The position numbers and the translations under genes are program-made. Positions 53,331 through 64,000 of a stretch of DNA of 64,000 nt are shown here, in pieces (the stretch's first letter is position 1; each line of letters begins with the position of its first letter). The notes beneath the pieces are model-generated. The model was not told where the DNA came from. It worked only from the letters and a program-made list of their open reading frames with translations, and searched no databases. The stretch lies in the NCBI RefSeq assembly GCF_009834535.1, contig NC_045697.1:18230001-18294000 (forward strand), given 5' to 3'. This DNA comes from Camelus ferus. Lineage: Eukaryota.

Positions 53331-53981
53331 TGCTCGGATTACTATTACCATCAGTATTATTATGAATAACAAGGGGCTTCCATTTCACAAGGGGACCAGG
53401 GCCTGATGCTACAAGGAGTATGACTCTGAGTAAGTTATGTAACCTGTCAGAGCCTCGGTTGCTTATTCCATAACAGAAAAGTAGTAATAGTAACTATTCC
53501 AGAAGGTGGTTAGAATGACACAGGACAGCCCACGGAAAGTGCTTATGAGTCTCTGGCCCAGAGGAAGTCTTCAGCAAACACTAAAGATTGTGTTTTCATT
53601 ATTGTTTGTTTTTCAATTGTTGTCTTCATTATTATTAAATCTGGCCTCATACTGGGCAACCCTATTTAGATCCAGCTCTTTGCTTCCAGTAAGATCAATC
53701 ACCAATCTCTGCACCCTCTGTCACTCACTCTCACCTTGTATCATCTCCTTCTCCTCTCCCATGCTCAGGCCTCCTCTTCCATGAAGCCTTCCTGACTGCT
53801 TCAGCCTTTACTATTTCCCCTTTTGAGAACTGTTTGGCAGTTAGCACATACTTGGCATCTGGCTAATGTCAGCCTTTGCCCTCCCTCTCTTGTGTTCCTA
53901 ACTGGGCCCTTGAGTTCCCTGAGATCATGGTCTGTGTCTTGGGTGGTGTCTGTCCCAACCCTGGGGCCATGGCTGGTCTCA

Positions 53982-54206
<225 letters not shown>

Positions 54207-56610
54207 TTAAATGAAACCTAAAGAGAATCAATTGTTGTGAAGGCATTCTGCCTGAGTCTACCCAAAACCTTCCTGACTCTTTTTCAGGGGCAGATGGCAT
54301 TAAAGGAAAGCTACGTGCTGGAAAACAGAGGCCGCCTTAGTGTCTTCCTGGGAGGGTTTCACCCGGCTGCTGCTGGGATTTCTGCCTTCCAGCTCAGCAG
54401 TGATGCTGGACCCCAGGTCATCACTCAGCCCCTGGGGGCTCTTACGCAGCATCCTTGTCTACAAAAGGCTTCTTACTGCCCTGCGGTATCAGTGATGCCC
54501 ATGAAATTCAAGAGCGCTCAACTGCGATAGGAGGCCAGAAGTCTGCCCTGGCTGGGACGGTTTCTAGGTGGCCTGCCTGCCCATCTGCTGATTCCTCTGC
54601 CGCAAACACCAACAAACCCTCTGCAGAAAGCAGCCACAACATCCTACTTGCAAAGCACAGGTGTCGTGTGATCGCTCAGCATCCCGTCTCTGCCGGGTAG
54701 CGTCTGGTCGGGGCTGACGCAGAGGAGAGGGCGGTGGAGAAGGCAGGGAGGTTTCAGACCTGTAAGCCTGGGACTGTCCCAGGGAGGGGCTGCTTCATGG
54801 GAGCCTCCCTGTTCTTGCTGACTCATGCTCTCAGGTGCCCGCCTCTGCTCTCCCCAGGTGCTCCCACCTGCTTCTGTGCGGCCGCCTGGAGCCTGGTTGT
54901 TGAAGGCTTAGGAGCCGGGCAGGGGTGCAAGTATGCAAACCTGGGCATTCAGTGTTCTCCTTCTTTCTTTCCTGCCGCATCACAGGACCGCGAACAAGCA
55001 GGGGAAAAGGGATTGGAGAAGCAAACAGTGAGTGCCCTTGCATCTGCGAGACCCAGCAGAGTCCAAGCGGGGAGCCAAATCTCTCGCCCCACCTTTTAGT
55101 AGAGGGGGACGGGTGTCTTTCCCCACAGATGCCAAGATCGCAGCCTGCAGCCTTTCAGTCCGCAGCAGCTCCTAAAACACTCTCCGTCTTAGTTTTTATG
55201 TTGGACTCGGGGTGCCGGGAGGACCAGGAGAAACTGTCAAGGCCCCTTAGATCAGATGCTCCACGAGGGCAGGGAGTTTTGTTTTGTACCCCAAGCACCT
55301 GTACTAGTACTTGGCTTAGAGTCAGTGCTCAGCAAATGTTTGTCAAGTGAACGGAAGCCATCCTTTGAAGGCTGATGACACATAAAATGGAATCCAAATC
55401 CTACACTCTGCGGATTAAGGGTAGTGTTCAGATTTGCAGGCCCCCCAGATAGCCGACACATGGGCCAGTGAGCTGTCAGTGCTGTGGATCAGTCATAGAC
55501 GCATTCCTCTTGAGTCTCGCACGGTACCAGGTGCAAGGCAGCCCCCTGAGAAGTTGCGGGATGAATGCATTTCCATGAAGCCACAGATCAGGCCCTACTA
55601 TAAAGCGGTGGGAACCAGCTTTGGAACAAGCTATGGAATAGACATCCAAACGGCTTGTGCAGTGCTCACCGCAGGAGGCCACAGGCTTATTCAAAGGTAC
55701 CTGTCATCACTCAAAACATTCACAGAACTTCCTTTGGAAATTGTATTTAGAACCAGTCCAGAAGCCCCTCGAGAAATCTTATTTTATTTCTTAATCCTCA
55801 CACTTTGTTCTGGACATTTATAACTGTATCAACAGATATCCTTCCAAGTGACTTTTAGCTAATTCCAAAAATCAAATTATGGGCTTCAGCACAGTGCCTG
55901 ACAAAGAGTAAGGGCTTAATAACTCCCTGATGAGGGCATGAGTGAGATCCTGTAACGCTTTTAAGACTGCGACTACTCCAGGCCATAAAATTGCATTTCC
56001 TCCAATATTCATCTAAGTGCTGCTAAAAATCCATTCAAAATAAAGCACCTTAGACAACAGATCACCACTAGCATGACTAAGGGGATGCAAACTGCACACC
56101 TGCCAGGAAACCCCATCACTGTCCCGTTTTAGGGTGCTCTGGAACCAGTGCCCTCAATGACCGCCATCAAGCTGTTTTCTATTTCTATAGTCTGCATCAG
56201 GGTGGGAAGCCAGTGTGCACTTTGGTGGGTTCCCTTTGGTGGGTTCCCTTCTCCTGGGTCACTGGCCTTCTCGAGGCCACAGAGGTGGAGAAAAAGCCTC
56301 CTGGCTTTCTTCCTCCATGCTCCAACTTTCTACAAAGGGACACTCTGAGCTCTTTAAAGAAAGGGAATGAGGAAGGAAAATCAGCCTGGTTATTTGAGGA
56401 GTCTTGGTTGACAGGGCGAGTACTAGCAGCCTTGGGGATGGAGGCACATTCAGAGCCTGAAGGGCTATAAAGGGCCCTGTCAAGGTTGTAAAATTACAGT
56501 GGTTTCTCCAAATCTATTTGTTTGCAAATCTGTATGCAGGCACCGGGGAGTATGCATGTGTGTGTCTGCATGCATTGGGTGTGTGTCTTTGCACACAGGG
56601 ATATGTATGC

Positions 56611-56613
<3 letters not shown>

Positions 56614-56663
<50 letters not shown>
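56614..56663. repeat. (GT)~25 microsatellite
   Basis: Perfect dinucleotide run, preceded by degenerate TG-rich sequence. Confidence 0.95.
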
Positions 56664-56666
<3 letters not shown>

Positions 56667-57228
56667 GTCCGTCCCCTCACAAGTGATATTATAACCTCCA
56701 TCCTCTAGTGCAATGTTGAAACTAACTGGTTTGAAGATAACTTTGAAGAATAAATAGGGACAACAGAAAGCTAATTCTGAAAGCCGGCAGTAAGCTTGAT
56801 AAACAGCCCGTTTATCAAAGCCCAGAGAAGCAAATGCGTGTTGGGCATGACGAGGTTAATCTTCAGAGGAATCAGGCTTTTGGTTTTCCTAATTCAATGG
56901 CATTTACATTCATTCAGTTTCAAGGAGCCCCCACTGCTGCTTGCTAGCAGGGCAGCCCTTGATTATAATTTTAGCCTTCAAACAAAATCGGTCTGAAGTC
57001 TATTGACTGGAAAGGGAGTTTGGCTTTTGAATTCTGCCATCCCCATTGGGTGGGTTTCTGTGTGTGTTGTAGCTCGAAAATGACTAATCACTGTGACGCC
57101 AGGGACCCCTCCCTCCCCACTGCAAGTCTACCTTCCTCAGAAGGCTGCCCACTTACTCTTGGAGACATGTGAGAGCGTGGGTGTGTGTGGTGGAAATGTT
57201 TCGCTCTGACAATATGCACAAGTGTTAC

Positions 57229-57291
57229 CTTGGAAGCTGCTTTCTTCATCAGCTCTAAGGCAAGCCGTCTGTTCTTTTTCACTCCTTGACC
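57229..57291 (-). CDS. SEL1L3: SEL1L3 coding exon, 63 nt: GQGVKKNRRLALELMKKAASK
   Basis: TTTAG acceptor (57292-57293), AAG|GTAACA donor, phase 0/0. Matches the Sel1 repeat pattern G.GV.K....A.....KAA. Confidence 0.93.
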
Positions 57292-57457
57292 CTAAACAAT
57301 GGTAAACAGCAATGATCAAGAAGAAAATAAATGCGAAGTATACGAAAAACCATCACACAGATCCATCAGTGTTTGATAGAAGATACTTAGAAATAAAGCC
57401 CAGGCCTTCTTATTTAAAAAGCTAATCTTGAAGATTTCTATATGTGGAGCTCTTATA

Positions 57458-57502
57458 TCATCACAATCACCATATCATCACCATCATCACCACCATCATC
57501 AT
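57458..57502. repeat. Imperfect (CAT/CAC)n trinucleotide repeat
   Basis: tcatcacaatcaccatatcatcaccatcatcaccaccatcatcat; intronic. Confidence 0.8.
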
Positions 57503-60004
57503 TTTGCTTATATTTGTAGAGCAGAGGCAACACACCTCACCCTCCCAGCTTAGCATCCCCGATTCCCCATTTATCATCAAGTGAATCCCATTCCCGCCAA
57601 TCCACAAGTGCTGTTGGGAGAAGCCAGGAATGAGGTTAAATGAGCGTGGTCATCTTGGATGCCTTGCTCTGGGGATTCCCTAATTTGTGTGCCAGATAAA
57701 GCACTTGATCTGTGTTGGACAGTCAAGAGTTATTAGGCTGTCATTTGCAGCCTTCCAGGGTCCTCGTGGGAGACCCCACCGTGGAATACTGTGGCTTCAG
57801 AACCAGCTCGAGAGCCAGCAGCGAAGGGCCCCTTGGAATCAGTTGTCTCAGACACTGACAAACTGACAAGCTTCCTCCAGCAAAATCAAGGGTTTCCAGC
57901 AGAGATGGTTTGTGCATCACAGAGAGAAATGGCTTTGGGATCCTTGTTATACGAGAGGAAATCTGTGGGACCACACTGTTGTGTCTGCAGGACCACGTGG
58001 AAAAACAGTGAGTCTGGGGAGGGTGGGGGTGGTCCTTGGTCCTCTCTGGACATAGATCTGATCGTGACCATGAAGATGGCAGGCAAGAGGAGCAGGATGA
58101 AAACTGCCAATGCTTCTAAGCGCACTCTGGGTCTGTGATTGACCCGCACACTGCATGGAGCCCTCCTGGTCTGAGACTCAGCACTGGACGGGGTCACATA
58201 TGATACAATGTGAGAGGGCTTTGCAATGAATACAGCTGTTCTCTCTGTTTAAATGCTCAGCTCTACAGTAAGTGAAGACAGCACTAGCAAACATTCCTGT
58301 GCTAATTACCGTGAGCCCAGTACCCTCCTGTCACCTCTAACCCTCACTCCCCGCTCTCCCCCACGTGCTGCCAGCATTCTTATGGGAGAAACTTGCCCAG
58401 AATCACACAGCAAGTGAGAAGTCGAGGCAGGATTTGAACCCAGGCAGGTGGGCTCCAGGGTCCATGTTTGTAACTGCCACACTGTATTTTCTCCCATATA
58501 TTTTCATTTCTATGCCGAGAATCTATAAAGATTTGTAACCTTTTTAGAGGATACAGAAAACATGCTGCAAACTATGTTTGTCCTTGTAGTTTTCAGGACT
58601 CAAAGTAAAACTGTGAATCTAGATAAAGGTTAAATTACATACACTGAGTTTCTACTAGATTTTAAGTTACTTATTGAATAAAACTGATGAGCTGAAGCAA
58701 ACTGGAAGATGAAAATATTTTTCAGAAGTGCGCCATTACTTCATTTAATTAGAGGGAGAGGAAAGAGAATGGACAGGAAGACTATTTGGAATAACTGGAT
58801 GGGGCAATGAGATGACCTTTTTGGACTTTGGGAAAAGAATCAGAACCATCAGGCTGACAGAATGTTATAAACTGCTTATGCTCAAAGTTTATCTTCTCCA
58901 ACTTCTTTGTTTCGAAGGAATAGAAATGGGGCTCAGAAAGGTTGACTTACTCTAGACCTCACAATTAGATCTGCAACTAGAACTCAGATGCTCTGATTTC
59001 TAGGACGGGGATTTTTCAGGATAATCATGTAATGAGAGGTGGGATGGTTTCTGGCAAAAAGACAACACACGATGCACAAATGTGAGTAGTACCGGAAGTT
59101 GTCAAGTGACAGAATGTGAATTCCTGATACACAGTAAGTGCTCAGTAACTATCCACTGAATGAATTCATGGAGGACAGTTGCTGCAATAGAAGTCAAAGC
59201 TCCATCCTCATGTGGATTTGAAATGGGACGGACTCCACCATCTCAGACACACTACTGCCATCATCGTGGAGCCATCTTTGAATTCAATAAGCCAGGTACC
59301 CACACAAGACAATAAGCCAAGTGCACAGGACTGTTAGATAAAAGGTTTCCTTCATCCCACTCAAAGATAACTCAGTTAGAATGCAGGAAAACCAAAAAAG
59401 GTTTCTAGGCCACCTCCTGACTCTCCCTCTGGATTTCAAGCTCCCGCTGGGCAGAAGAAATGTCTGATTCATGCCTTTATCTTTCCTGCACTTTGGGCAG
59501 TAGCTGTCTCCACCCCCGGTGGGCAGGTGCCTCTCCTCTGTCTTCACCTCGAGGGTCTGAGATCCCTGGGGTCAGGGATGTGGCTCGTGCACCCATGTGT
59601 CCCTCCTCTATCACAGAATCTAGCATTTTGTCAGCCCTTAATGGGTGTTTATTGTTCAAATACACGAATGCCTTGGCATATGGCTAAGAGTCAAACAATT
59701 TCCATGTTGATTTGACGATGACAAAGAGAAAGTCTGGGCTTTAAATCTGGAAACCATAACAACTAATAGGTTTTAAGGCTTTAGAGAGTTAGACATTTAG
59801 CAAAAGTCATGATTGTTAATCAATGAGCAGCCACAGCTGTATTCTGGAGATGAACCTGGCCATGGGCATCCAGGTCCTTGTTTGAAGACATGTGTATCTG
59901 CAGGCAGCTGCTTCCTTTGGGCCTGGACATAGGGGCCAGGGGTTTCCTTACTAGAGCCAACGGCTTCCTACTTTTTCAAGATTGGTGAATTGATGTCTCT
60001 GTGT

Positions 60005-60250
60005 TCAGGGGTGAAGAGCACAGATCCTGAAGCCAGATTGCCTGGGTCCCAGTCCCAGATCTGAAATGTACTAGTGATGCGACCTTGGGCAAGTTACAAA
60101 ACCTTCCTGAGCCTCTGCTACCACACACGTAAGCAGCGGTCATAATACACCATGGAACCTACCTTGCAAGGTTGTTGTGAGGACTGGATGTGTTAATACA
60201 CATACATCAGGGAATAAGCACCACCTCAATCAATGTGAACTACTATTATT
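60005..60250 (+). mobile_element. MIR SINE, near full length
   Basis: gccagattgcctgggt...gaccttgggcaagtta...ctgagcctc...ggttgttgtgagga. Confidence 0.8.
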
Positions 60251-60756
60251 CTGTATAGGATAACATTTTTCAGTTCTTGAAGCCCTTTCCTTAGGTCATC
60301 TCATTCCATCTGTGGTCATGACCATTGTCCCACCGGATTGGGTAAGTAGAACACAGCTGATGGTTGCAGAGGAGGGACTTGAACTCCATTCTCTGTCTCC
60401 TGGGCTAAAGCTCACCCCATCCGTCCTGCTCTCCCACTGGCTTAAAACCAAGATCTTTGTTTCAATCTATGGGACTGTTGGGATCCAGCCCAAATATGCA
60501 CTTTGTCTCAGCTGTGATTCAATGACAACTCTGCCTGGTGGCAAATTTGCAGCACCTTTGGGGACTGCTGGGCACATAGCACTCCATAAAATATGGGTGT
60601 CTCCTCCAGAATGCCACAGTTCTTGCAAAAGCAGAGAGAATCCAAACATAAGACTAATGATTAAAAATGAGACCAGGGAAACACTTCTGACTCTTGCCTT
60701 TTCAGCAAATACCACGTTCCACCAAGAGTGACAGAAGCATATACTAAGATTCTTCA

Positions 60757-61011
<255 letters not shown>

Positions 61012-62394
61012 TTAGAATAATGACTTGCCTGTGTAATGCTTAACATGTAAGACTTTAAAGGCAGTGGGGGTGGGGAGAGGGCAAACCTAGTTTAAAATGG
61101 TTTTCTATTGAGACGCAAGAGTTAGGTAGACACGTGTCATTTTCCTACCGAGGACCAAAGCCCTGAAGGTGAACTTGTATAAATACAAGTCCTTAACATG
61201 AGCTGGAAATGGGGTATGTGTGTGTGCGTGTGTGTGAATGAATCTATGGCACCCAGACCAGAGCTGGATGGAACTTGGTCAACAAACACGCTATCTCCTC
61301 TCCTTTGGGAGGTACTGCCCATCCTCTTGCTCCGGTGAGCGGTGTGGCCAGTGCACATCCGTACTGGTTAGGGTGCCTCCGACAGCACCAGTCTCCTCCT
61401 ATCCCAGTGTCTGTCCCTGTGGTTGGCTCCACTGCAGACTTGAGGTTGGGAGTCTTTGCGGGTAGGGACCTCAAGAGGTTGTTTGTCTGCCCTTGTCCCC
61501 TCAGCTCCCACCCAGCAGAACTCACCAGAAACTTACAGAAGCTACCCATCTAAGATTCCCTGACTGAAGGAAGAGGTGTCCACTGTTAGGAAAGTTCATG
61601 CACGCTCTGGGGCACTCAGGAAACGGCTGTGGCAGTGCTGTTTCTGGACTATGCACTGGATTTGCTGCCTGCACTAGAAAGGCTGCAGCCTGGCACAGAC
61701 CCCGGGAAGGGGACCCAAGCAACGCTTGTTAACATTCTGGTCCTTCGTGGGCCCCTTATTGTCTTTCCTTCTTTCTAGCTCTCTTTTCATCTCCTTCTCT
61801 TCTCTTTCACCTCCCTTCCCCACCAAGAAATTAAACTTTGTAACTTCCAGGAAAGCATCTCCTGAGATGCTAAGAAAACCTTGAAGGAGGAATGGGAGAT
61901 CCGTTACTACAGGGACTCTGAAGTGTTTGATTGACAATGCGTTTGTTCTTTGGTTTTCTTTCTCTTTCTCATCTCTGGTTTTCTGTCTTCTTAGCAGACC
62001 CGGAGGCGCCTCCTGATGCTGTGTGCTCACCAGGAGCACGGAGCAAAAGCTAAATCCATCCTTAGGGAAGGAGGTGTCTTCCCTCCGGTGCCATCAGCCT
62101 TAGCTGGCTCTCATAAAGTCTTTTCTTCACAGTGGAATCAGGCAAGAAGTCAGATAGGGGACATTGTCCCAGCCCCCTGTCCTTTCTTGTACCCCTTACA
62201 AGTCCGTGCAAAAGACATGTTCAAGAGACAAGGTTGGTCCTCTTGGTCTGTCATGCCAGATTTTCCCTCATTCTCCTAGCTGACTTTGTGGCCTTCTTCT
62301 CAATGCCCATCTAATCTCCCCTACACCCCAAGATGCTTTTTAATATTTCCTTTTATTTTATTGTTTATTGTGGCTCTCTCCCCTCTAGGTGCTG

Positions 62395-62860
<466 letters not shown>

Positions 62861-64000
62861 CTAAAAAAGAAGGAAGGGAGGGAGGGAGGAAGTAAGGAAG
62901 GCAGGAAGAAAGGCAAGAAAAGAGGGAGGGAGTGGGGAGGGGAAGAAGGGAGAATGAAAATCTCTAAATGATACGGCATGCAAAAAACATGACATTATTC
63001 TTAAACTAGCAATTTCTCAAGCAAAAACTATATGAATAATTAAAATATGAGGTGTGTCCACAGTGCCATAAGATCAAACCCTTTTTAAATGAATGTTTCA
63101 CATGTCATGTATCTAAACGGGGATTTTTGTTCCTATCAAAGTTGCCTGAAGAGGACAAAGTTTATTTCACCTCTGCCTCCATCACTCCAGCTGGCGTGGA
63201 AGTTCACTTCTGGGCCGCCAGTTTCAGAGCCAGATTACCCACAGCATCATAAAAGGTAAATCAATATTTTTCTAAGTATAACCTTATTACTTTTTTTTTA
63301 TCCCAAAGTGTTATTATCCTGCATGACTAACCCTTTTTATTTAGCAGGCTCAGCCTCAAATGTCTTTCGGCTATTTCCCAAAATTAAATCTACTCTGAAA
63401 AAAAGAGGGCACGTCGACTCTGAGGACGTGAGCAAGAAGGGGCTGGAGGCACTAAAGGCGAACTGAAGGGAAGGTTCACCAAACGTTCTGAATTTGCACA
63501 CAGCCTCCCAGGTATCTGCCTCCTTTGAAGAAAATAACTCATTTTTATGTATACATTTTGGCTGTTTATCCAAAAAACGGTCCTGCCATTTTAGTCTCCC
63601 CTTACATAAAATGAACTCTATCCAACCGTGAGGGATCCCAGCCCAGAGCATGCCACGGGCACATGGTGACAAAAACTGGATGTGGATGAGTTTGGGAAAG
63701 AAGCCTCAGAGAACAAGGCACCAGGCCTGATTTCCCCCCTGACCTTTTCTGTTTGTCAGGGAAGAAAAGTACTTAGATTCACAAACTCTATCCTGCAGCC
63801 CCATTTGCGACAAGGTCGCTCAGCTGCCTCCTCCACTGCGGCCCCTTGGAGCCAGAGGTGCCTATCAGGGGCAATAGGGGGCCGACTTGGGGACAGTGCT
63901 AGGACGCAGAACCCAGCGGGTATCAATTCTTGCTGGATGGTGAACCTTAAGATGCCACCGAGCAAAGAGCAACAATTAGAACAGTGATGCCCACTACCTT

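Noticed and set aside
62002..62013. Perfect 12-bp palindrome GGAGGCGCCTCC
   Set aside because: About 16 such palindromes are expected by chance in 64 kb (64000/4^6).

Overview
Mammalian (eukaryotic) genomic DNA, most likely from a camelid: it carries five copies of a tRNA-derived SINE resembling the camelid Vic-1 family. The only gene I can support is the 3' half of SEL1L3 on the minus strand. Thirteen GT-AG coding exons (62860 down to the TGA at 27066) splice with fully consistent phases into 1443 nt, or 480 aa plus stop: Sel1-like repeats, a C-terminal hydrophobic/TM segment and a Pro/Ala/Thr-rich tail. A ~1 kb 3' UTR follows, ending at an AATAAA near 26100. The 5' part of the gene lies beyond the right edge. 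Bases 1-26000 are repeat-rich sequence downstream of the gene (L1, L2, MIR, LTRs, hAT elements). Almost all supplied ORFs are spurious. I see no clearly novel multi-gene system. The best leads are alternative C-termini of SEL1L3 (a candidate 43-nt frame-switching cassette exon, a read-through/intronic-polyA form and a stop-free 81-nt intron), paired miR-19/miR-130 sites in the 3' UTR, two motif-rich intronic enhancer candidates and several informative transposon structures. Repeat family names are from my recognition of consensus motifs, not from a database search, and repeat boundaries are approximate.
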